DNA of 64,000 nucleotides from an uncultured Leptospirales bacterium (GTDB lineage Bacteria; Spirochaetota; UBA4802; UBA5550). Under the pieces are notes generated by a model, which worked only from the letters and a program-made list of their open reading frames with translations, did no database searches and was not told the DNA's origin. The translations under genes and the position numbers were made by a program. The stretch spans positions 406 through 64,405 of the forward strand of contig CAZBFP010000021.1 of the NCBI GenBank assembly GCA_964491265.1, read 5' to 3'. Below, one piece after another: positions 27,453-36,882 of this stretch. Every line of letters begins with the position of its first letter. Position 1 is the stretch's first letter.

Positions 27453-29417
27453 CTATCCGAATATTGCTATTATAATAAAGAAAGCCAGTGTCACCAGTAC
27501 ATAGGAGGCGTACAGCTGCATCCTGCCGTTCTGAAGCACGCTTAATCTGTCTGAAAGAAACTGGAGCCCCTTCATTACCGGAGTGTAGAATATGCTCCAC
27601 CATATATCTTTAGCGTGTGAGCTGTATTTTACCCTGCCGAAATAACCGTTTGTTTCTTCAAAATGTACTTCATTTCTAAAGAGCCAGTTCATCACCTGTC
27701 TCAGAAAACCTGTAAAGGGTGATGCGGTAATCTGCATTCTTGAAGAGTATTTGGTTCCGCATACATAGGGTTTTGTTATTCTTACAGTTGAAGTGGAATC
27801 CCTGAAAATCGCGGTAAAGAGAAAAGGGACAACAAGCATTGAAACAAATACTATTGATATCAGTACGGGTGAAACAATTGAACCGGTTGAGGAGACAACG
27901 TTTATCCCTCTGGCTGTTTCAAATCCCATACCGGTAATTGAAAGACTTACATTCATTATTTTACCCGCAGCATATGGAGCCCCGAGACCAAGGAGTATAC
28001 AGGCACCAACAAGAATAAACATACCTGCTACCATAAGAAATGGTGATTCCTTAGATTTTTCCCAGATCTTTTCATCCCTTGGCGTACCGGTAAATATCAC
28101 GCTGTAAACCTTAACAAAACACATTACTGCAAGCACGCCGGTTACTGCTAGGGCCACAATCGCACCTGTAAATATAAAGGTGCCCATTGCTCCCGATCCA
28201 AGAGCTGCCTGGATAAGTGACTGGTATGTAAACCATTCACTGACAAAACCGTTAAGAGGGGGGAGAGCTGAAATTGCCATTGCCCCGATAAGAAAAGCAA
28301 AAGCTGTATAGGGCATTTTCCGCGCAAGGCCCCCCAGTTTATTCATATCCTGGTTATGGGTTCTGAATATTACGCTTCCCGCACCCAGGAAAAGAAGCCC
28401 TTTAAAAGTAGCATGGTTTATAACATGGTACAAACCGCCGATAAAACCCGCAGCAGCAAGAATACCGTTGCCTGAAGCCATGCCGTAAAAACCCACTCCG
28501 CATCCCAGAAGAATTATCCCGATATTTTCTACAGAGTGATATGCCAGAAGCGCCTTGGTATCGTGCTGTGTGAGCGCGTATAAAACCCCAAGAAGCGCGG
28601 ACAGAGCGCCGAATACTATAATCATGATTCCCCACCATTCACTCAAAGGGAGCCAGAGGCAGGTCCGGATTATTCCGTAAATTGCTGTTTTAATCATTAC
28701 AGCCGACATGAGTGCTGAAACATGTGATGGTGCTGCCGGATGAGCTTCAGGGAGCCACACATGCACAGGGAAAATACCCGCCTTGGAACCGAACCCGAAA
28801 AAGAAGAGGAAAAAAATCACTGTCGCCATTGTTGCTGAAAGATTAATCCCCTTGAAATCGGAGAAATAAAATGACCCCGCCCCGGTAGACATGAGAAGCA
28901 TCCCTGTAAGAATTGCCGCGCCCCCGATATGAGCTATCACCATATAAAGCACAGTGGCTTTAGCTGTTTTCTCCGAATCATTAAAATGTATAAGGAAAAA
29001 AGAAGTGAGTGTCATAAATTCCCAGAAAACCATAAACCAGAAAACATGAGCAGCAGTAACCACCATAAGCATGGATACAATAAAGAGATTAAAGAAAAAT
29101 CCCATTGCACCAATGCTCACCTTTCCGCTGTACTCTTCAGCATAGTGAATTCCGTATATAGAAGCAGCCAGGCCGATGAGACAGATAACAAAAGAGAAAA
29201 ATGATGAAAGCGGGTCCAGAACAAACTTTGCTTCCATAATCGGAAATGAAACAAGAAGCTCACTCCCCCCGGTTAGACCGGAAAAGAAATACCATATTCC
29301 AAAGGCGCATGCCGCAGCCGGTATTCCAAAACCTATATATGCCGCGGCTTTCTGAAACTTATATAAAAGTAATGATGCTGCCGCGCCTGCTAAAAACAGA
29401 AGATATACTTCAGCCAT
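27453..29417 (-). CDS. hyfB: NuoL-like membrane subunit (HyfB/HycC)
   Basis: 654 aa. WLPEAHPAAPSHVSALMSA, HSVENIGIILLG. Confidence 0.88.
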   Translation of the reverse strand: MAEVYLLFLAGAAASLLLYKFQKAAAYIGFGIPAAACAFGIWYFFSGLTGGSELLVSFPIMEAKFVLDPLSSFFSFVICLIGLAASIYGIHYAEEYSGKVSIGAMGFFFNLFIVSMLMVVTAAHVFWFMVFWEFMTLTSFFLIHFNDSEKTAKATVLYMVIAHIGGAAILTGMLLMSTGAGSFYFSDFKGINLSATMATVIFFLFFFGFGSKAGIFPVHVWLPEAHPAAPSHVSALMSAVMIKTAIYGIIRTCLWLPLSEWWGIMIIVFGALSALLGVLYALTQHDTKALLAYHSVENIGIILLGCGVGFYGMASGNGILAAAGFIGGLYHVINHATFKGLLFLGAGSVIFRTHNQDMNKLGGLARKMPYTAFAFLIGAMAISALPPLNGFVSEWFTYQSLIQAALGSGAMGTFIFTGAIVALAVTGVLAVMCFVKVYSVIFTGTPRDEKIWEKSKESPFLMVAGMFILVGACILLGLGAPYAAGKIMNVSLSITGMGFETARGINVVSSTGSIVSPVLISIVFVSMLVVPFLFTAIFRDSTSTVRITKPYVCGTKYSSRMQITASPFTGFLRQVMNWLFRNEVHFEETNGYFGRVKYSSHAKDIWWSIFYTPVMKGLQFLSDRLSVLQNGRMQLYASYVLVTLAFFIIIAIFG

Positions 29418-29419
29418 TT

Positions 29420-30037
29420 TTATACCCCCACTCCCTTATCACGGGGTGTTTTCGAAGATACGCTATCTTTCATGAATGAAACAAGCTTCAAAATAGCATT
29501 TCTTGATTTAACATCCACATTTGAATTTTCCATGTTATCCGGAGTAACATAGGTTAAAGCTTTATTCGGACAGGCTCCGACACATGCAGGCCCCTCCTCT
29601 CTCCCTTCACAGAGGTCACATTTTACCGCAACATTCTTGCCGCCCACAGAAACTGATATCAGCTTATCCACAGGTTCTTCAAACATGTAATTCACTGAAG
29701 GCATAGGTTCCGATTCCGGAAGAACACATCCGAAGGGGCATACCATAACGCACATTTTACATCCGATGCAAAGCTCCTCATGAAGCTCAATTTTATCCGC
29801 CCCGAATTTTATCGCGCCTGTGGGGCAAACATTAGCGCAGGGGGCATCCTCACAATGTCTGCACTGATTAGGCATTGACCCTGATTCAGTATGAACAACC
29901 AGAAGCCTCGGCTTTGCCACTTTACCCCTTTTCTTTGCTGATTCGTAACAGGCTGACATGCATGTATAACATGCCATGCACTTATTCGGATTAGCGATTA
30001 CAAATCTGTTCAGTTTATCATTTACTATAAAAGACAT
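29420..30037 (-). CDS. hyfA: 4Fe-4S ferredoxin-type electron-transfer subunit (HycB/HyfA)
   Basis: Four Cys clusters (CMACYTCMSAC, CRHCEDAPCANVCP, CIGCKMCVMVCP, CDLCEG...CVGACP). The start was moved to ATG 30037, preceded by GGGGG. It lies 1 nt after the fdhF stop. Confidence 0.85.
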   Translation of the reverse strand: MSFIVNDKLNRFVIANPNKCMACYTCMSACYESAKKRGKVAKPRLLVVHTESGSMPNQCRHCEDAPCANVCPTGAIKFGADKIELHEELCIGCKMCVMVCPFGCVLPESEPMPSVNYMFEEPVDKLISVSVGGKNVAVKCDLCEGREEGPACVGACPNKALTYVTPDNMENSNVDVKSRNAILKLVSFMKDSVSSKTPRDKGVGV

Positions 30038-30038
30038 G

Positions 30039-32339
30039 CTATACCCCCTTTCCAAGTGAACGGCTCTGATTTAAATCTTCAGCAGCGGGGAATATTACCC
30101 CATCGCTTCCATGAATATTGTCAGTTTTAAACTTTGCTTTTTTCTCTTTCTGAATAGCGAGATATTCCTTCTCATCTATTTTAACAATATTCACTGCGCT
30201 CACCTTGAGTTCAGGGATTTTGCAAACCGGGTCAAGTCCATTGGGATTGGTCAGCTCATTTACATTAGCCTCCCAGTAATGGAAACTGCCGAAAACATGG
30301 TTGGCTTTAATTCTATCCATAACCCTGGCTTTGGCCGCAATGTAACCCCTTTCATTTTCCAGTTTAATATAGTCACCCTGTGCTACACCAAGTTTCTTAG
30401 CTGACTCAATACCCACTTCAATAACCGCAGGACCGAACATATCAGCGCCTGTTTCCAGAGATTTACATTTACGCGTCATTGTACCTGTATGATACTGATA
30501 AACATAACGCCCCGAAGTAAGTATAAAGGGGTACCTTTCAGATGCTGCCTCATTAAGAGAGCCTGCCATCACAGGGTAATCCTTATCCAGATTGAGTTTC
30601 TTCCTCAGTTCCGCCTCCAGTGTTCCCTTTTTATTATTGTCCTCTGTAAAGACAACAGGGATAAGGAGAGCCTTACCATCCGGCGTAGAAAGCTTCGGCC
30701 CCTCATAAAGTACAGGTGTTCCGGGATGCTGATGATTGGGACAGGGCGCATTAAGGCCGTTAAGATCCTTAAGCCTCCTTATATCCATCCCGCCGAACTG
30801 ATTCCTGTTTATTGTCCTGATTTCATCCCATATATTCCTTGCGTCCCTGTAATCAAATCCCGGTTCCTCCATCCTTTCCGCAAGCATGGAAATAATCTCC
30901 CAGTCAGCCTTAGCTTCCCCCGGCGCGGTTATTGCCTGGTTTACCAGCTGGACACGTCTGGAAGTATTTACAAAGGTCCCCTCCTTCTCCGCGAAAGCAG
31001 CGGCAGGGAGAACCATATCCGACTTGAGACATGTTTCAGTCATGAAGATGTCCTGGGTTACCATAAACTCCAGTCCATCCAGGGAATGCGCGAAATGATT
31101 TGAGTCCGGGTCAGACATCATGGGATTCTCCCCCATGACCCAGAGAAATTTAATATTACCGTTTTCAATATTTTCCGGAAGAACAGTCAAAGCTATTCCC
31201 GGTTTGGAAGGCACATCACAGCACCAGAGATCACCGCACTCAGTCCTTGCCGCCTCATCCACCACAGGTTTGCCGCTTGCAAGCACAGTGGGTAGAGCCC
31301 CTACCATACATGCGCCCTGAACATTATTCTGCCCGCGGAGAGGATTAACTCCACCCCCCTTGATTCCGAGATTCCCGGTAATAGCTGCCAGATTAGAAGT
31401 GGTCCATACGTTACCGGTACCATGTGAAAACTGGGTCATGCCCATGGCATACAGAATTGCCGAAGGTTTTGAACCGGCAAACATACGTGCCGCTTCGATG
31501 ATAAGTTCAGGGTCGATCCCTGTTATGCCTGATACATATTCTGGGGTATAATCTTTAACTGATTCCTTAAGATATTCAAAACCCTTTGTATGATTTACCA
31601 CAAAATCCTTATCATAGAGGTTTTCGCTGATGATCACATTTATCAGAGAATTCATAACAGGAATATTATATCCGGGAGGGACCTGGAGAAAAATGTCAGC
31701 CTTGTTGGCCATCTCAGTTTTCCTGGGATCTATTACAATCAGCTTTGCCCCGTTTTCGAGTCCCCTGAAAACGTGCATACCTACTATGGGGTGATTTTCA
31801 CTTGTGTTTGAACCTGTTATTAAAAAGCATTTTGTGTATATTCCGAATTCCGCAAGATCATTAGTCATTGATCCGTTTCCAAGACTCTTAGCCAGACCGG
31901 CTACAGTTGGAGCGTGTCAGAGGCGGGCACAGTGATCAACATTGTTTGTTCCCAGAGCCTGCCTGAAAAATTTCTGAAAAACATAATTCTCTTCGTTTGT
32001 GCATCTTGCTGATGAAAGCCCCATAAACGAATCAGGGCCATAGGTTTGTTTTACAAACCCTATTTTCTCTTTTAATAGATCCAGTGCTTCATCCCATTCA
32101 GATTCCTCAAGCAATCCATTCTTTGAAAAAGCACCATTAAGTTTTCTGATTAAAGGTTTCTGTAGACGTTCTGATGAATGAACAAACTCCCATCCATAAA
32201 GTCCCTTAAGGCACAACTCGCCGTCATTGACAGGATGATTCATTGTTGGCGCAGCTTTTACAATCCTGTTATTATCCACATGCAGATCCATATTGCAGCC
32301 TGTTCCGCAGTATGGGCATGTTGTCTGAACTTTTTTCAT
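30039..32339 (-). CDS. fdhF: Selenocysteine-containing formate dehydrogenase H (single CDS joining the two listed ORFs through in-frame UGA at 31919..31917)
   Basis: N-terminal MKKVQTTCPYCGTGCNMDL. The sequence ...NNVDHCARL-[TGA][19 protein letters not shown]... is colinear with E. coli FdhH ...NNVDCCARV-U-HGPSVAGL.... RBS AGGGGG lies before ATG 32339. Confidence 0.9.
31879..31919 (-). promoter_or_regulatory. UGA(Sec) codon plus candidate bacterial SECIS hairpin
   Basis: mRNA reads UGA CACGCU CCAACUG UAGCC GGUCU GGCUA AGAGUC UUGG. It forms a 5-bp upper stem with a GGUCU apical loop (the same loop sequence I recall from E. coli fdhF SECIS) and a lower CCAA/UUGG stem. Confidence 0.6.
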
Positions 32340-32388
32340 AAGACCCCCTGCTAAAAAAATATTAATTAATATCAGCAAATAAAATCGT

Positions 32389-32437
32389 GTATCTGAAGAT
32401 TAACCTGCCGCCGGTTGCAGGAAAATTCTTCAGATAC
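32389..32437 (-). terminator. Long hairpin (perfect 11-bp outer stem GTATCTGAAGA/TCTTCAGATAC, inner CCTGC/GCAGG) followed on the minus strand by ACGAUUUUAUUU; queE terminator and/or fdhF leader attenuator
   Basis: Read directly. It lies 50 nt upstream of the fdhF ATG and 170 nt downstream of the queE stop. Confidence 0.35.
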
Positions 32438-32609
32438 ATAATAATTGATTCCAGTTACTCAGTAATTATCTGTATTAATGCAAAATTAGCAAGATCAGTT
32501 ACTCTTTTAAAAATGTAGGAAATCGGAACTTTTCCCCATAGGTATTTGTCCTACAGGATTAGAGGGGTTTTGGAAGGATTGGTGAATCTGGCAGAGGGTT
32601 TAGAATAAA

Positions 32610-33245
32610 TCAGTCAAAACCGACAACTTTATGAAGCTGCAGATTGAGCCGCACATTAAGCCTCTCTCTTATAATAAGTTTTGACAGTTCAGACGGCTCC
32701 ATGGAACCGTGGACAGGTGAAAAATTAATAACTGCTCCGGTATCTTCAAGGTGTTCTTTAATAAAATTTCTGGAAAATTCATAATCAGCCATATCTGAGA
32801 TCACAAATTTCACTTCATCATCTTCCTTCAAGTATTTCACATTCTCAATAAAAAAAGATCCAGCTTCACCGCTGCATGGGGTTTTAACATCAGCAATTAT
32901 ACGGATCTGCTGAGGCACTTCAGCCAGGGAGAAACTTCCGTTTGTTTCCAGCTGCACATTGTAGCCTTTTTCAGCAAGCTCCCTCAGAAGATAGATGGTA
33001 TTACTCTGCATCAGAGGTTCACCACCTGTAACAGTTATATGATGGAAGGGGACATTTCTCCCCACCTCTTCAACTATTTCTTTAACAGTCATATCATTAT
33101 GATATACATGGGCCAGTTCCGTATCACAGTAATAGCAGTCCAGATTACACCCCCCGAGCCGTATAAAAAAAGCAGGGAACCCGGCAGTCACAGTCTCCCC
33201 TTCAAGGGAGTAAAACATTTCGCAAATACGGATAACATTATTCAT
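32610..33245 (-). CDS. queE: 7-carboxy-7-deazaguanine synthase (radical SAM)
   Basis: FYSLEGE, FIRLGGCNLDCYYCDT, TGGEPL. The start was moved to ATG 33245. Confidence 0.85.
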   Translation of the reverse strand: MNNVIRICEMFYSLEGETVTAGFPAFFIRLGGCNLDCYYCDTELAHVYHNDMTVKEIVEEVGRNVPFHHITVTGGEPLMQSNTIYLLRELAEKGYNVQLETNGSFSLAEVPQQIRIIADVKTPCSGEAGSFFIENVKYLKEDDEVKFVISDMADYEFSRNFIKEHLEDTGAVINFSPVHGSMEPSELSKLIIRERLNVRLNLQLHKVVGFD

Positions 33246-33353
33246 GGCACTGTCCTTTAATATTATGACAAACAGCATTATTTCACCCCTCTATTTTTCA
33301 ATAAAAAAAGATGGGGAAACCGGTAAAAAATCAGAAAAGAGGGTTGAGAATCT

Positions 33354-34166
33354 TTACTCCGGCCTCTTTATTATATGAGCCGGGTCTGTGAAATTCCATG
33401 GACATATTCTCCTTTCAAGAAGTGCAAATATAAGGTAAAGGAAAAATCCCATAAGACTCATCCCTGTTATCCCGACAAAGATCATCACATAATCCCCTCT
33501 CCCCCAGGCATCAATAATAAGAAATCCCATCCCCTTCTCTGTGGCAAATGATTCAGCAAAAAAAAGAACTGAAATTGCGGTCCCTATGCTTATCCTTATT
33601 GCAGTAAAACTATGTGGAAGCGCAGCAGGAATTACCCCGTGGATCAGCACATCCTTTCTGCTCCCCCCCATTGAAAAAATCGAATCATAATATTTAGGAT
33701 CAGTATTACGCACACCATCACGCACAGACACCAGTATCTGGAAAAAAAGAATCAGGGTAATAAGTATTATCTTGGGGAGATCGCCAAGACCGAAAAGGAG
33801 TATAATAACAGGGAGTAAAACCATTTTAGGAACAGGGTAAGTCATAAAAATAAGGGGTGAGAATATCCTGTCCAGTGACCGGTTATACCCGATTACAGCC
33901 CCGGCAGGGAATGCAAGAATCCATGCTGCAGCAATACTGACACATACCCTGAACAGGCTTATAAAAAAATGTCCCTGAAACACCGGGTTCCATATTTCGG
34001 AAACAAATACAGGGAGAACCTTTTCAGGCGCAGGGAGCACCGGTGATCCCATAATCAGAGAGGCTGCTTTCCAGAGAACCAGGCTTGCAGCAATTGCGAT
34101 GGAAATAACCAAAAAAGAAGCTCCTCTTTTCACAGGGACTCTATGATCCCCCTTACCATTCTGCAC
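33354..34166 (-). CDS. ABC transporter permease (NitT/TauT-type)
   Basis: Polytopic protein with an EAA-like loop and the operon context. Confidence 0.82.
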   Translation of the reverse strand: MQNGKGDHRVPVKRGASFLVISIAIAASLVLWKAASLIMGSPVLPAPEKVLPVFVSEIWNPVFQGHFFISLFRVCVSIAAAWILAFPAGAVIGYNRSLDRIFSPLIFMTYPVPKMVLLPVIILLFGLGDLPKIILITLILFFQILVSVRDGVRNTDPKYYDSIFSMGGSRKDVLIHGVIPAALPHSFTAIRISIGTAISVLFFAESFATEKGMGFLIIDAWGRGDYVMIFVGITGMSLMGFFLYLIFALLERRICPWNFTDPAHIIKRPE

Positions 34167-34861
34167 TGCGAAAAATAATACTCCGAATCCCTGAACGTCT
34201 CATCCCCCGCCCTTTCATTACTTATAATATCAACAATTCTCCCCGGGCTTTTTGACATTACTATTATTCTGTCTCCCAGAAAAACAGCTTCCTCTATACT
34301 ATGAGTAACAAGGAGAACGGAAAGCCTGCTTCCCCTCTGAATCCCGGCAACAGTATTCTGAAGTTTTTCCCGGGTAAGCGTATCAAGAGAGGAGAAGGGT
34401 TCGTCCATAAGCAGAATTTCAGGTTCAGTTGCCAGAGCCCTGGCAATGGCAACCCGCTGTTTCTCCCCTCCGCTTAAATTTGAGGGGAATCTGTCCTTAA
34501 GGGGGTATATCTGCATCTCCTTTAAGATTTGTTCCACTCTCCCTTTAACTTCATTATCGGAAAATTTTTTTATTTTCAAACCGAGGGAAACATTTCTAAA
34601 TACTGTCTTCCAGGGGAGAAGCCCGTAATCCTGGAGAATAAAAGAGGTTTTATAGCCTGCCTCCTTTACCTCCCTCTCATTAATAAGCACAGAACCGCCT
34701 GATGGTTTAGCAAGACCCGCTATAATATAAAGAAGTGTACTTTTACCGCAGCCGGAAGGTCCTATTACTGAAACGGAATTCCCGTTTTGAAGATCAAATG
34801 ATATGTCTGAAAGGACCCGGTTCCCGTGGAAATCCTTGCTTATATTTTTTAATGAAATCAC
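34130..34861 (-). CDS. ABC transporter ATP-binding protein
   Basis: Walker A GPSGCGKST, signature LSGGEKQR, Walker B LLMDEP. Confidence 0.9.
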   Translation of the reverse strand: MISLKNISKDFHGNRVLSDISFDLQNGNSVSVIGPSGCGKSTLLYIIAGLAKPSGGSVLINEREVKEAGYKTSFILQDYGLLPWKTVFRNVSLGLKIKKFSDNEVKGRVEQILKEMQIYPLKDRFPSNLSGGEKQRVAIARALATEPEILLMDEPFSSLDTLTREKLQNTVAGIQRGSRLSVLLVTHSIEEAVFLGDRIIVMSKSPGRIVDIISNERAGDETFRDSEYYFSQCRMVRGIIESL

Positions 34862-34867
34862 CCTCTT

Positions 34868-35794
34868 CTACTGTTTCCAGATTATCTTATCATACTCCAG
34901 AGGTTCCTCAACAAGCCCCTTACTCATCATCCATGAGTATACCTGTAAAACGTCTCTTTCTGATGGGGGATTAATCTTATTATAGCGGGGTACTTTAAAA
35001 GATTCCTTCAACTCCTCAGGGAGACGGAGTCTTGATACCATTAAATCCCTGAATTTATCCGGGTTTGTATTAATAAGATTTATGCTTTTGTTATAAGCCT
35101 TTGTAAAAGATTCGGCAAAAGAGCGGTTTTTTTCAAGAAAATCCCCCCTGAAGCTTATTACTGTTGCAGTAACATCCAGGGATAAATCATCAGCAATTAT
35201 ACGCGCACCCTCTTTTTCCGCCTTGCTTACAAGCGGCTCCGGGAGCATGGCAAGACTGACCTGGCCCGACATAAGCATCTGGTACCGGAGCGGTATACCC
35301 TTAACCTCCAGTTTCCGGAGAGTACCAGTATCAACATTATTTAAAGCTGCAATTTCATCCAGAAAAAATTCTATAACCGACCCGCTCGATACTGCAATCT
35401 GCTCCCGACCGGCAGACTTAATCCCCTTTACTGATGATCCGGGTGCAGCAACAAGGGCAAACATTCTGCTGTTCCCTGTACGTGATGACTCGGTAAAAAT
35501 TCTCACATCCTTCCCGCTTTTAAGTGTAAGAAGAGCTGTAACCATATCCCCGAATGATCCGTGAAGAGCGGATGAAAGAACTGCTGACTCCTTCTCAAGT
35601 GCGCTGTTGAACATTACAAGCTCAAGGCTTATCCCCTCTTCTTCAAAAAGGCCTTCAGCCTCAGCAACAATAAGGGGGAGGGAATCTATAGCAGGGAGTA
35701 TCCCCACCTTTATTACATCCCCCTTTTTTGAACAGCTTAGAAGCATGACAAAAATCATAAAAATAAATATTATATATAATCTGCGGATTACCAT
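34868..35794 (-). CDS. ABC substrate-binding lipoprotein (NMT1/THI5-like)
   Basis: Signal peptide plus lipobox LLSC. First gene of the three-gene ABC operon. Confidence 0.72.
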   Translation of the reverse strand: MVIRRLYIIFIFMIFVMLLSCSKKGDVIKVGILPAIDSLPLIVAEAEGLFEEEGISLELVMFNSALEKESAVLSSALHGSFGDMVTALLTLKSGKDVRIFTESSRTGNSRMFALVAAPGSSVKGIKSAGREQIAVSSGSVIEFFLDEIAALNNVDTGTLRKLEVKGIPLRYQMLMSGQVSLAMLPEPLVSKAEKEGARIIADDLSLDVTATVISFRGDFLEKNRSFAESFTKAYNKSINLINTNPDKFRDLMVSRLRLPEELKESFKVPRYNKINPPSERDVLQVYSWMMSKGLVEEPLEYDKIIWKQ

Positions 35795-35812
35795 TTTATT
35801 CCCTCAACATAG

Positions 35813-35832
35813 AGGGGCCCGTCCTGGCCCCT
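35813..35832. terminator. 7-bp GC hairpin AGGGGCC-N6-GGCCCCT between the OMP gene and the ABC operon
   Basis: Read directly. The flanking U-tract is weak on the minus strand. Confidence 0.3.
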
Positions 35833-35882
35833 TAAACTTTTACCGGATATAACATATTTACAAAACTGCCTAACCGTATCAG

Positions 35883-36542
35883 TTATATATAAAACCGCAC
35901 ACCGGCCCTGAAAAATGCACCCGACATATCGATCTCCACATTCCCCTTATCAGGTTTAATACTCCTGTACCCAAGATCAAAAATAAAATCAACAGCTGAG
36001 GCATCAGATATTTTGTAAGCTGCTGAAGTCATTACCTGCCAGGCAAATCCGCTGTATAAATCTGTACCATCACCCTCATCAGATGAATAGTTAAGAATCA
36101 TGAATGAATAGCCAAGTCCGATTGTCAAAAAGGGCTCAACATATATTAATTTCTTAAGCATAGGGAGCCGCACCTGGGCATTGGCAAAAAGAGGGAAAGT
36201 ATAAAGATTTGTCTCAGCCTTCTCTGATGCGCTTACAGCCCCGCCCGGGTTAACCTCCCCCACAGTGCTGCTCCACTTAATCCAGAAAAAATCGGCTTCA
36301 AGGCCGAAAACAAAAAAAGGATCTATATTGTATATGTAGTTAAAGCTGAGATCAAGGCCGAACTTCCCCGGATCAGAGGCATAACCTGTTCCGATTTTCC
36401 ACATAAATTCATTATCCGATGGATTAACAAAAACATTCCTCTCCCTTTGAACCACTATTTTGTTATCCTCAGAAATTTGAGCAGAAAGGATTGATGAAGC
36501 TGCTATTACCATAGCAGCTGTAAATATAATTATTTTCTTCAT
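35883..36542 (-). CDS. Outer-membrane beta-barrel protein (OmpA-N/porin-like)
   Basis: Signal peptide, alternating hydrophobic pattern, C-terminal ...AGVRFYI. Confidence 0.6.
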   Translation of the reverse strand: MKKIIIFTAAMVIAASSILSAQISEDNKIVVQRERNVFVNPSDNEFMWKIGTGYASDPGKFGLDLSFNYIYNIDPFFVFGLEADFFWIKWSSTVGEVNPGGAVSASEKAETNLYTFPLFANAQVRLPMLKKLIYVEPFLTIGLGYSFMILNYSSDEGDGTDLYSGFAWQVMTSAAYKISDASAVDFIFDLGYRSIKPDKGNVEIDMSGAFFRAGVRFYI

Positions 36543-36671
36543 TATGCTTCTCCCGAAATTATTGATAAATAAGCTGTTTTAAATTTATTCCACTTTTTAA
36601 AAGCTGAGAACATTCCCCCCTGCTTTTCAATCATAGCACATAATCAGGAAAAAGGGTTAAAAAAAGGGTAT

Positions 36672-36800
36672 TTCTGAACAGTAATTATTCCTAAAGATAT
36701 TTTTTAGTGCAATAATGATGTTTTCCATATCCCCGCCGCCTTCGGCGGCGGGGATATTAGAGCATTTTATTTCAAATATAAGTTAAGGAATTAACACTGA
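36672..36800 (+). repeat. R3 intergenic repeat, copy A, with perfect 14-bp GC hairpin ATATCCCCGCCGCC-TTC-GGCGGCGGGGATAT (36727-36757)
   Basis: Colinear with 53779-53900 (+). Left half colinear with the reverse complements of 47321-47390 and 53662-53722. Confidence 0.65.
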
Positions 36801-36882
36801 TTTCTGAATAATGTTTGCTTTTAAATTATAAAATAAATATATTCTCAAACAGTGTAAATATAAAATTTACAATGGTGCAATT

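Noticed and set aside
30489-31103. 204-aa plus-strand ORF inside fdhF; similar long antisense ORFs at 11828..12445, 6733..7272, 23460..23855 and 50877..51326
   Set aside because: Each lies wholly inside a confidently identified gene on the other strand and shows no recognisable motif. These are shadow ORFs.
31869-31916. Apparent 48-nt intergenic gap between two separate molybdopterin-enzyme ORFs
   Set aside because: This is not a gap. The sequence is in frame and encodes [16 protein letters not shown] after a UGA at the conserved Sec position of FdhH, so the two ORFs are one gene.
32438-32609. Search for a sigma-54 (TGGCAC-N5-TTGC) promoter and FhlA-type UAS upstream of fdhF
   Set aside because: Only a TTGCTAATTTTGCA stretch without the -24 GG element was found, which is not convincing. 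A computational promoter scan is needed.
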